Source of the DNA: Lytechinus pictus
Taxonomy: Eukaryota
Length of the DNA stretch: 64,000 bases
Direction of reading: 5' to 3'
NCBI RefSeq assembly: GCF_037042905.1
Contig: NC_087261.1
Coordinates: 6,200,001-6,264,000, forward strand
Below are positions 39,701 through 52,400 of the stretch, piece by piece. The notes under the pieces are model-generated. The model saw only the letters and a list, made by a program, of their open reading frames with translations. It was not told where the DNA came from and ran no database searches. The position numbers and the translations under genes are program-made. Within the stretch, counting starts at the first letter, position 1. Each line of letters begins with the position of its first letter.

Positions 39701-42700
39701 CATATTTGATGATGTCACTATTGGTCTTTGGAACTTCAAAACCTCAGAGGGACCTGGAGAGGGAAGTTTCAGAAGGTGCGTATAAGTTAAGAATTTTCAG
39801 TTTTCATTATAAAAATGAGGATAGAATCAATTAATTGCATTTTGCAAGATGAAGCTAAACATTGATGATTAAGTTATTCTGTAGCGTACAAACCCATTGA
39901 ATGAATGGTGACTGAAATGCAGTACACCTGAGTTTTATTTTGATAGATGCCGCACTGTGCACAAATAATTGATCTAGTTCCCGCTGTGCATCCTCTGAAG
40001 GAACGAAAATCCCACTGTATTTTTTATTTTTACACACGACAAAGCAATTTGGTTGTGTTGCTTCATAACATAGCAACACAGAAAACACCAGAATTTAAAA
40101 GGTGTGAAAAAAAACATTGGTGCTTTCTTACTCCGTCATGAGAGAGCTGGTTGGTAGTTTTATAAAGCTGTTTGTAAGTTATGAATGATTTTAAGCATGA
40201 CTGGTAACCTTTTCCTCTGCTAAAAGATCCATATGTAACTGCCTTAGGGACTAAGAATATGTTCCAGTCTTGCAAAAGGTTGTGCATATCTTTACAAGCA
40301 GCTTTATGAAACACTAACTGGGTTTGTTAGAGTGTGCTATGTCAAATGTTCGTGCGCACCTTTTTGCTCTGCAGCGTGATGCGAGAAAGGATGTCATGTG
40401 ATGCATTTTGGTCAATGAAGATGCTTGAGTAATACACCTAATAAAAAAACATGTTTTATCTAATTGTTCCGTGGTCTGTTTATTTTCAAACATTTCCCTC
40501 CATCCAGAAGAAGGAAATTTATTTGGGGGATGAATACTTATGTAATTTTGTACATTTATTTTTCAGCCCAATTGTGACGAGTACTCCAGAACCAGGAGCC
40601 TACTTTGACGGCACAGGCTATGCAAAGCTCAGGCAGCCACCCCTCTGGGATGAATACATCAATTCACTTAACTTTGACATCAAGACATTGTCAGAGAACG
40701 GCTTGCTCTTCTACAGTTCCTCAGAAGATCAGGTGAGGGATTGGGAAATAGGAGGGGGAAAGGTACATGTATATAGGGAGATTGGGGATAGAGATGGGAA
40801 TGATGATGGAAGGAAAGTGAGGGAAGAATACAAGAAAGAAAGTGAAGGGAATGTTAAAAAGATTGGAGAGGACAAAATAAAGTAGGTGAACTGTACGGAA
40901 ATGAGAAAATGGGAAGAGTTGGAGAGTTAAGAAGATGAAGGTTATTAAAACAAAGTAAATAACGGAGTGGAGAGGCAGAGAAGAATGCAAGAAAAATTAT
41001 CAAGGGAGGATAGAAAAAAAGAATGAGGTAAGGGTTAATTAAAAGATGTGAGGCAGCAATCTGATGAATGAAAGCAGGACGGAGGAAAAATGGAAGAGTT
41101 CAGGAGAAGAAGACAAGGGAGGTAAGTTAATTGAATGAAGGAAGGAAAGAAGACAAATATAGGGGATGGAAAACAATTAATGAAGGATATGAAGAAATTG
41201 AGGTTACAGGAAGATAGAAGAAAACCTTTAGTGTAGGGGAAAGATTCTTGAGATGTATGGTGTATTTGTAATAGAGTACTGCCCCCCCCCCCCTCAAAAA
41301 AATATGTTATAGTTTCATATTCACATCTAGGAGTCAACAACGAGATTGAGAATTATCTGTTGGTTAGGAATTTAGTAATTGTTCAAAAGGTCATTGTTCT
41401 TTAAACACACACTGAAACAGAAAACAAAAATCAGTCAACCCCTGAAGCCTCTGAAATGTTTCAGCTCTATGTATTCATCATTATATTTCTACTGTGAAGG
41501 TCTTATGTCATCAAGTTTTATTTGGGGATAAAGAATCTAGGCAATCCTAGGCTGGTATTTTCTTGAAGTGCTTCAAAACTATTAATTGAAAAAGATTTAA
41601 TCACAAATGAAATTATGAGTGAGACAGATGTGGGGATTAATCATTCCATTTTACGTCATTCTGACCTCAGTGGTATAACAAAATAGTCTTCAAGGCCAGT
41701 ATTCAATTTGATATTTATATAAGCCAGAATTTTAAGTATTAATTCTCCTGTTTGTTACTTAAGTAAAAAAAGCTTGAACATCTTTAGTATTCAATTGCAT
41801 TTTGTGTTTAAGCATTTTGCCTAAATCTAAGTTAGCGGCCTACCTGGCTTAACTCTGGTGCTGGCTTGCGTGGAGTTTACAAACATGATATGCGCAGTCA
41901 TACATTCTGCACACAGAGGGCTCATACATTGCGCATTATTTGGCCCTTACTTTATAACATCCAAACAAGTATTAGTAAGTATTTTGCTTAAATTTTGCTT
42001 CATAAAGTAAAATACTTAAATGTCCTCGGGATACGACTTTCAGCATTTTTTCTTTACCAAGTAAAATGCAAAGTAAGATGCCTAAAAATCAATACTTTCA
42101 ATTGAATAGTGGCCAAAGTCAGTGTGAGTGATGATGATTGTGATGAGGAAGGACATGACGAATAAAGGGATAATGGAAAAATATTTACTCAACGTCAATA
42201 TGATTTCAAAATATTCAGGAAATGTTCATTTATTTTACGATGATATTGATGATTGCATATATATTGTAAACTGTTAGAAAAAAACTGGTTGATCCACACC
42301 TGCTTTGTCCACTTGCGTTTGGTCTCCTCTCACATGGTTTGGTCTCCTCTCACATGGTTTGATCTCCTCCCACATGTTTTTTCCTACTTATTCTACAATT
42401 ACTTTGATTACTAACCATTTAGTATAATTGCCATTCAGCCCATGTACCATCCTGTCTAATCTCCAGTTAGGCTATACCTAATTCATCTCATATATAATTG
42501 GTCTAATACTACTTAATGTAAATTTTAGATGAACAGTCAATGAACTATTGCTTTCATTTGACTAAATTAAAAGTACGTTTAATGGAATTTAGACCAAGTG
42601 GTCATTAGACTAAATGGGTATTAGACCAAGTGTAATGATGGCCAGACAGCAATTAGACCAATTGATATTGAATAGGTTCGCCAATGTGGTATTAGTGAAG

Positions 42701-45700
42701 TATGTGTGAAGTGGTCCTTCTGCTTGTAGACCTAGTGAGTATCAAGTTATGGTGGCATTGAATAGACAAAGATGAAGGGAAATTAAGGTAGAGGGGGGGG
42801 GGGGGCATGGTGTCACCTCATCTCACTTTGTCATCAAAATGGACAGCCCCTTCACGCATTATTATACACTATTACTTCTTTAGTACTCCTGTGCCTGTAT
42901 ATCTTAGGAAAGGATATGGGAGCTTATAATGGGATACACTCCAGCATTGTAGTGCTTCATGCAAGAAAAACAACGATGACGTTAGTAGGAACGTAGGAAA
43001 GTACATGTAGGCACTATATGTTATTTATTGAAGGTTTTCAGTGTTGTGCAGCAAAACAGAATGATACAATTTTCTGAAATTGAAGTGAAATAAAAACTAT
43101 ATAAACTAGGTGCCCATTGCATGAAGAATGTTATGGTTACTTTGCTGTAACATAAATGTGACCCAGCACCACAAAACCCACAAAAAGTCGCCATGTGATT
43201 TTCAATTGGAGCCAATTAAGAGAATTTTGGTCAGAATGTTCAAATTTAAGATTTTGGTGTTTTCTGAAAGAGTATACTCTCCCTTATTTACGATAAAAGT
43301 TTGGATGTAAAGACCAAACCTAAAGGGTAATTTTTTGATGTTTTTATTAGACCTATTTTTATTTTTTTTTAGTTAATTGTAATCATGTTTTGTTTTCTCG
43401 AAAACCTGAATTTTCATCTCTCTTTGAACTTCTGTAAATTCAAAACAGGATAAGTTCAAACATTGATACTTGTTCAAATGAATGGACAGAATGTACCTAC
43501 ATATAATTAGTATGTCAACTTTGGGGGCGATCTGATAATCCCTTCTATCAAAAGTATATTGATTTATAATCTTCCTTTTGTCTACAATACACATGAGTGA
43601 AAGAGTAAGTGGTCTTCAATAGACTAGTAATTTTTAATCCCCCTTTTCTCAAAAGGAGTGTTCTGTGGTAGTGAACATTCTCCTCTTATTTCAGTGAGTT
43701 AGGATCATTCATTGTTAATGAGTTATAAATCATTATAAAGCTTAGAATTTTTTCTTTCAGAAGGGCTATTTAACTGAAAAATTTCATTTCCGGCGGCTTT
43801 TTGTGGCTTTTGTGGTGCCTGGTCACAAATTAAAAAAGTGGACTCATCAGCTATATTCATAATCAAAGTTTCTGTTCATGATAATGGTGAAGTTACCAGT
43901 ACATGTAGTAACTTTTTGTCAAACTAGATCTTGAGTCGCCTTGATGAATAGTTACCATTTTTATACATGTTCAGCAACGTTGCAAAATTTTTTAACGCGT
44001 CTATTAGCAGGAATCCCGCTATATTGATCTTTGCGTCTTTCCATTTCAGCTTTCCTGTGGTCTCCATTATTTGGTCTATGGTGACTATAATGATTTTTAA
44101 TAAAAAACTACTCGTAGGATTCTTGCAGGAAAGACCCAGCCCAGAATTTTGACAAGGTGCCTTTAAACTTTTCCATCTGATGGGCCTACATGTATGTGGC
44201 TACCATAGTATCAGTGCTCAGCATCCAATCAAACTCAATGATTTCATGGAGGTTTCAAGATTAAAATATTGATTTTTGTACAGTAGAATAATTGCCTCAT
44301 TTAGTTATTGGCTCAAAATCACAAAGGTGGTTTTAAAAACCATCGGATGAACCCATGGTTTATGCAGATTTCCTGTATTAATTATGCTTATTTATCGCGT
44401 ATGTAAACAAGATGTCCAATGCTGATGCGCACTTTTGTCACAGTGCGCCATATTGTACTCATTTACGTTGTACATGTATGTATATTTATTTTTATTATGA
44501 TGTGATGTTTTTGGTTTTGAAAAAATAAACTTGAACTTGAACACCTGTTGTCATGGTTAAGTATGCTAATTTATACACGAATCCACTGTTTGGAGTTAAT
44601 AAGTCCACTTTTCACATATCAAATCTTTGTGAATTCGGGCCATTTAGTGTAATTGGCAACAGAGATTTGTGCAATATTCTTTGGATCAAACAGGACTATC
44701 AAAGTCTGTAAAATGATTTTGAAAATATATTCATAATCCAATTTTTTGCTCTTCCCAGAGTTCATTCATATCGATTGAAATGGAGGCTGGACGTCTGGCC
44801 ATCAAGCATGATCTTGGAGATGGTGTTGGTATCCTAGTGTCTCAAAGCAAGATTAATACTGGAGAGTGGCATGCAGTCAGTATCAATAGGGTCAGACAAA
44901 AGAGTAAGTGAGGGTGTAGTAGAAGTCCCTGAGTGACCGCTTAATTTGAGTGTTTTTATACTCAAGGGAGCAAATGTTTTCAAAACCACCTCTAAAATAT
45001 GAGTTGTTCAAATTTATTCCCTTTTTAAAGATGACTAAATCATTTCTTTGTGGCTTTTACCTCAACACCAAATTTATGGCATAAGAAATGAAAGTTGAGT
45101 GAATATCCACACTCAACGAAGAAGAGCCCCAAACGTGATTTGAAAAGCCCAGAAACACCCCTTTTTCTAGCTTTTTTACTTTAATTCTAAGAAACAACTT
45201 TCCCTGATTTTTTTTTTTTTTTTACATCCTAAATATATCATATGCACGTCACATCTCCACCAATAATAAGTACACTTTTTACATATATCTTTTTACACTG
45301 CATGTGTACAGCATTATGTGCTCGAATTCTTTGCTCTTGGCCAATGAAGATGCTCTTTCTCAGTGGCTTTTAACTTTGCATTGATAACAAATTTTATGGA
45401 TGATGGTTTGGACTTATCCTCTCCAATTTCCATTTTTCCTCAGACAACCTTTTCATTAACGGTAACAATGAGGGCATGGTCAAGTCACCGGGCTCAGAGG
45501 TCAATCTTCAGGTCACAGGGGTCAACTTTGTCTATGTTGGAGGAGTTCCATCAGACTTCACAATATTGTAAGTCCTCTTTTATTTTCTCATGGTATTCTA
45601 ATTTATCCTGCGGTCGCCACGCAGTCAAGCTAAGCTTATACTGAAAACCATTTAAATGTTCTCATATGTCATAGAAAATAACACTGTGTTCATTGTTTTG

Positions 45701-48700
45701 CTCGTCAGATATTTTGTTACATGCTCTATTGTAATTTAAAAAAAGTTGCAGATGGCAGCGTTATTAACATGTAAATTGTAACCAAGGTTAGGTGTGTGAA
45801 ATACATGTATCGTCATAACTTAGAAAGTATGTGTCTATTCATGAAATTCATCAGAGTAATCAAATGTCACTGAACATGCTGCTTGACTTTCAGATCACAT
45901 TATCAAGCTCAAAGATCATTTAGGATCAATGAACTGCCAGAGGCGTTCCCCTTTTTTCACCCATCTGAAGAATCTAATTATTTATGCAAGGCGTCTTGCC
46001 AATTTTCATATGGATTGAATATTTGCACTGCATTTCCTCTCTGTTTTATTTAGTCGCAATGTCACCAACCAGAAATTCCGGGGATGCCTTCGTAAGTTCT
46101 TCCTCTTCCGGTCTGCTTACCAGTTGGTCAGTCCTGGAAGCTCGTTTGGGGTGACTCATGGCTGCTCTGATCAGGTAAGTCATATCTGAATGGGGCGTCG
46201 GGTCCATGGCCTAATAGTCTGGTTTGAGACAAGGTTTAGTATGTTGTGTTGGTGCTTGTAGTGATGGTTTAACCCTATCTTAACTGGGCTATATCGGACC
46301 AGTATATACAGAGGGGGGGGGGTCAGTTTGACCCCCCTGCCTCTCAGATCTCGGCTGCTGATTGCGCTATCTTGCAAGACTTGAAAGTAAAAAGTCAGCG
46401 AACGGCGCGGTCAGAAAATTTCACGCGATGGCGTAGTGACGAAATTTGTAGAGGGGGGGGGGTGAAATTGACCCCCCAGTTTAATAAGGGTTAAATGTTT
46501 TATCAATTCATTTTGATTTGTTTATAGAATTGTGAAGAGAAATGGTATACTTACTTTTTAAAGGTATGTTATTGTGGGTGCGTGATGGTCTAGTGGTTAT
46601 GACTCTCATCTTTCAATCGGAGTGGGATTGATTCAAAGCCATGGCATGTTCTCCTTTAGCAAGGAATTTACCCACATTGTGCTGCACTCAACCCAGGTGA
46701 GGTGAATGGGTACCTGGAAGGAATTTATATTCCTTGAAATGCAGTGGGTGTAACCACTGCTCAGTTGAGGTATATTACTGTACAGCGCTTAGAGACTTGT
46801 GATAAAGTAAGTGTTAAGCGCTATATAAGCAAGTACATGTATAATTACATGTATCATTATTATTTTGTTTTTAGTTAATCATTGACCTATAGAAGCCTTG
46901 GTACCTTAACTAAGCATAGTGATTGATCAGAATAATGTAAAATTGATTGCACATCATGCTCAATTAATGCAATCAATTGCAAAACAGTCTGTCCTAATAT
47001 TGATTGCTAAGCTCTGTGTTAAAGGGCCAAAGTGCTGACAGGATAGTCCCAGTTCAAATAAAGCCAGCTCATAGATAAAAAAAAAACTACATGTATTGTC
47101 ATGTGAATTATGAATATATGTCAGTGGGTGGGGATAGGTACCAAAATAAATTGACTATAAATAGAAGATTTGCAAATGTATTGATATATTTATATTTCCA
47201 TATTTTATATTCATGTATATTAATTAAGATTTAGTGTAAGATCTGTTATATATGTATCTTTATTTATTCTATACTCTGTAAAATTGCTGTTTAAAATTTT
47301 AAGCATGTTATGTAATCCTGTCACCTGAGGAACTATTGTTCAAATTTTTAAGCAAAGAGTTTCAAGTTTCTACAAGTAGTTAAAAAAAGTTTAAACAATT
47401 CCAAAATAGTTTAGACGATTGCTTAAATGTTTAACCAACTTGCTGTTAGAGTGGTGGCCTTAAACACCATGCTACATGTATATTTAATTTATTTTACTAT
47501 GTATCTGTATTTTCAGACACAACGAAGTGTAGGATTTTCTGGTTATGGCTATGTGACATTCCCACCCATCCCTCTGTCAAGGGAGTCAGGTATCACTGTG
47601 ACCTTCACCACCCTCATGCCGAACACTACCATTCTAGCAGCGGGGGAGACTCAGGGAAGGAAACGGAGGGACGTCGATCCAGATGCAACTGACGTGAGAA
47701 ATAAAAAAAAATGTTCTAATGATTTAAATCCTTTTGATATTGTTGATAAAAAGGATTGACGTGTTATTACGTCCTCACTCTGCTTCAAAATCTTTGAACA
47801 TATAGGCCCATATTCTGAAGTCGGGTTTAACTTAAACTTAGGTTTAAAGTTGTGGTTTAAGTATGGACAGGCAATTGTTACATAAATCACTAACAGTGGA
47901 GATATAATATTTCAGCTCATTTGGCTCTCAAATCATTCATAATTGTGTAGGAATTATAAATAAATGATCGTCTTTGCCATCGATGAATCAGGAAAGAGCA
48001 CAGTAAACATAAGAAACATGCAACTTAATAAAAATTTTGACACTTTTGGCTTCCCATAATTTTAGCACAGAGTTAGATCGTGGTCTAAGTTAAACTTGAC
48101 ATCAGAATACGGGCCATTGTATTGTATTTTCTGAGAATAAATCCCAAGTTTGACTTCATAAACTAAACAAGAGGGTTAATACACTCTTCTATGGAATACT
48201 AGTGTGAATCCTATTTCTTCAGTATCCAGAACAATAAAATAAAAAATAATTCATTGAGATCTACTGCTTGCTTATACATGTATTATCTGTTAGTTATTTT
48301 TCATAACAAAAATCGTTTTTGGAATGCTTTTCACTGAAAGCAGGATTAAACGGATTTGTATTTGATGAATGTGTTTGCAACTCTATTTGGCACTCTATTA
48401 ATATTTGGTCTACAATGTATGTTAAACCATTGCTTTGAGAGTACAACCCACAGGGTCCAATGCCTGAAAGAGTTTACTTGTGGCAGGGTCTTTGGAAAGC
48501 CTTTTAGTGAAATAGTTTTATGTTCAAAGGAATAATCTTTTATCCGTGGAGTTGAATGATGAGTTTTTCAATAGATTTTTTTGGAAAATGCATATGTACA
48601 TGTACATTTAAATGTATATATATTCAGTTCAATAGATATACTCTCTTTATTTCTGAGTATATATAATGAATATATTTTAAGCAAAATTATTGACGCTTCG

Positions 48701-49403
48701 GCTTTATACATTTATGTTTACAAGTATGTCACTATTCCTTATTTGTATACTTTTTTCTTTTTTCTGTATTCCACAGATCTCCTATGCTATTGGGCTCATG
48801 AATGGACGTGTCATCGTTCAAATCAACAATGGTCAAGGAAGATTAACCCTCAGATCCAAGAGAGGTGATAGTCCTTACAATGATGGTGCTGCTCACAATG
48901 TTGTCCTGGTCAAAAATGATAAGAGGTGAGATCATGATGACTACTATTATCATCACCATTTTCATCACCAATATCATCCTCATCGTCATCCTCATCAGTT
49001 TACCATTGTNNNNNNNNNNNNNNNNNNNNNNNNNNNNNNNNNNNNNNNNNNNNNNNNNNNNNNNNNNNNNNNNNNNNNNNNNNNNNNNNNNNNNNNNNNN
49101 NNNNNNNNNNNNNNNNNNNNNNNNNNNNNNNNNNNNNNNNNNNNNNNNNNNATCAGTTTACCATTATAATTTTCATCATCATTTTCATCATCTCCATCAT
49201 CATCATCATCATCATCACCATCATCCTCATCACCACCACCTCCACCACCATCATTATCATTTTCATCATTATTATATAAATGTATTATTATAAATGTATT
49301 ACTATTAATGGTTTTATATGTTTAATATGGCATTTTTGATGTTTATTGACTTGAAGTTGTGAACAAAACAAATTTCCAATATGGTTAAATAAAGACGAAC
49401 TTG

Positions 49404-49460
<57 letters not shown>

Positions 49461-52400
49461 GAGCAGCACCACCACCACCACCACCCTCACCTTCACCATC
49501 ACCATCATAAATTTCACATCATCTAAATCTGTGTTGTACACCAAGTTGATAATGATCATAGTCATTGTGATCATCAGAAGTATATCTGCATTTATTATTG
49601 TATCCCCCCTTGCTTCTCCAGGGTAAATCTAATTGTGGATGATCGTCGCGTTGATACAGGCCGCCTATCTGGTACCGAGCTCTATATCAATGCCATGTCT
49701 CCCTTCTATATTGGCTCATCAGGGAATCTAACCCTCAGTTCTGAGTTCTCTTCTTTACCAAGTTTCTCAGGGTGCATTGAAAATCTTATCGTCATGAAAG
49801 AGTGAGTATTACGATACTAGGGGAGTGTTTCATCATTATTTGAATCCTACAAATTGTCAGATCTGACGTCTTTCCTTGATTTTGATTGGCTGAGGACGAC
49901 AGTTCCCATGATAACTGTCGGATAAAACAGGGCTTGTCGGATAAAACGTCTGACAAGTCCTTTCGTGAAACGCTCCCCTGGCCTCTCTTACACAATGATT
50001 TGCAATCAATTACCAAGTACATTAATATTGATTTTATAGTGCTACGTTCAACAACCCAGGTGGAATCAATATGTTTTAGCAAGAATGTTATGACAGTATT
50101 CAATACAATTCAATTCATATCAATTGAATTCCATTCAGTTGTTGTTTCCCACTTTAAATTTGTCATAATTACAATCATTATACTTTCGACATAGTATCAT
50201 ATAATTGCATTTTAGGTACATTAAAAGATTAACATAGACAGCACAATATACAATTATCAAAACAAAACATATATTATGCCATAACAGGGCTGGGCTAATG
50301 CTCATGCTATTGAAAACGAAAATATTTTGATAGCAGTTTGTGCAGCCCTGTGTCCCATTGCATAAAGGTTACTATTATGGTAACTTTGCAATCCAATAGT
50401 AACTACATACCACGGCAACACTGCTTAACAGCCAATCAGAATCAAGGATTCAAGAATCAAGAATCAAGGATTCCCTTGAAGATGCCAACGGATGGCAAAG
50501 ATATGATAATAGTTACTGCTATGCAGCTGGGCCCTGACATAGACCTCCTTGCAGGTATGCTTACCTAGATGTACATGTATGTGTATAGGTCAAGTTTGAA
50601 TATTTGTAAAATTCGAATGGTTAGGAAAAGCATAAGCTGAGAGCATACAACCTACCTCTTAATGATTAAAATTCCAGATGGAAAACACATTTACCACTTT
50701 TACTTCACCTTTTTATTCACGTAGAGTCCCCTTATAGTTTGGTGTTCTTGAAAGCGATTTGGAAGTGCTCAAAATATTCTTTGAATCAACAGCTCTATTT
50801 CAAGAATGCAATTAGATAATAGGAATTTATGGTGTTCTAGAACTATTTTTTTTGCCAAATGATAAAACATACATGTATATTTATCTCAAGGGAAACAGTG
50901 ATATACAGAGTCTATTTTCAAACTCTTTCTAAAGTATAATTCAAGAACACCATGAGCTACAGTGTATAGTGTTATGTTAGAAAAAAAAATTGGTTGTACT
51001 CAATCAACATATAATATTTACGTGATCGGGGAGACTAATCCTTTTCATTGTGTCAATTTACTACCAAAACACATCAAAATGTTTCATTTTAAAGCTGAAG
51101 CCTTAAAAATATTCACAAATCACTGGCTTCCTATATTTTTTTAAATTTATTTAAGAAGGAAAAGAAAGAATATCCTGACTAACTGTCCCTAATTTTTCCC
51201 CCTTTGACCAGATTGCTGGGATTTGAGAAGGCAGCCAGCTTTGAAAATGTGACCATTGGAAAATGTGGACCTCTAACTATACGTAAGTTATTTTTAGTCT
51301 ATTAATCTATTGACTACTTTATTCTGTTATTTCTATAGGCTTTGTTCATGATCCACCTTGTTCCAGAAAGCAATGGGTTAATTCACCCAGTGATTCAGAA
51401 TTTTTATTCTATTTGACCTATAGAGGCTTCAGGCTACATTTTGTATTCTATTTGTGGGCATATGTTTAGTTTTAAAAAGGAACCCCCATCATATTTTGGC
51501 AAGTGTGTTACTGACATCTTTAGGAGAAAGAACACATTGTACATGTATACTGTAAAGCCTGTACGTTCATTGTTCGCGATGAAAACTTTCCGTAATTACT
51601 CTATTCTTACTGTTAGTGTTTTTGGCATTTTTTAGTCTTGAGGACAATTTCAATGGATAATTTTGTTCAAAAGTACTGTTGGCATAAAATGACAAAATCA
51701 ATCTGTCTGCTCCTTGAGGTTAATCAGGCTGTGATATAAAAAAGAAATTATTTATTTTATTTGTTATTTATTTTTTTATATTTGTTATTATTTATTTATT
51801 ATTGTTATGATTGTTATTATTATTATCTTTTTTTTTTTTTTTTTTGGGGGGGGGGTCAAAGGAAACCACATATATGATAATATATGATCAAAGATATTTG
51901 AAGGTGTATTTTGTGTAATGTTGCCTTTTCAATTCTTTTTTATTTGCCTTTTAGTTCTTTCAACATTTATTTCATTTTCATTTGTCTGATATTGGACAGA
52001 GCTACTAGTTAAGGCATTATGCAGTGTGATGTGAAAATGTGCTGTCTCAAAGATTATAACACCCAATGAACATTCTTACTTTTCTTTTCTGACAAATTAA
52101 TTGAATTGGAAGGTGATTTGAGATTAGCTGCTGTCTGTTATTAATGTGTTTGAGCTTGAATATTGTTTAGATTCATAGATGCAATAGATGCCACGCTGTT
52201 GCAATTGACATCAATCTCACCTTTTTATAGAAGGGAGAGAGGAATGGAAAGTAAAAAAAAAGAAGAAATGTATTCATCAAATTTCGTTCTGATTCAGGAT
52301 AAATCTATATTGATGGAATGAGCTGATTTTCATATTCTTGTAACATTTGTAGGAGAGTGGTCTTACCAACATTTGTTGTCTGAAATGTTGTCCAAGCTCA

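Noticed and set aside
46575-46650. tRNA gene
   Set aside because: The B box is degenerate, I could not fold a cloverleaf, and the sequence continues into a SINE body and tail.
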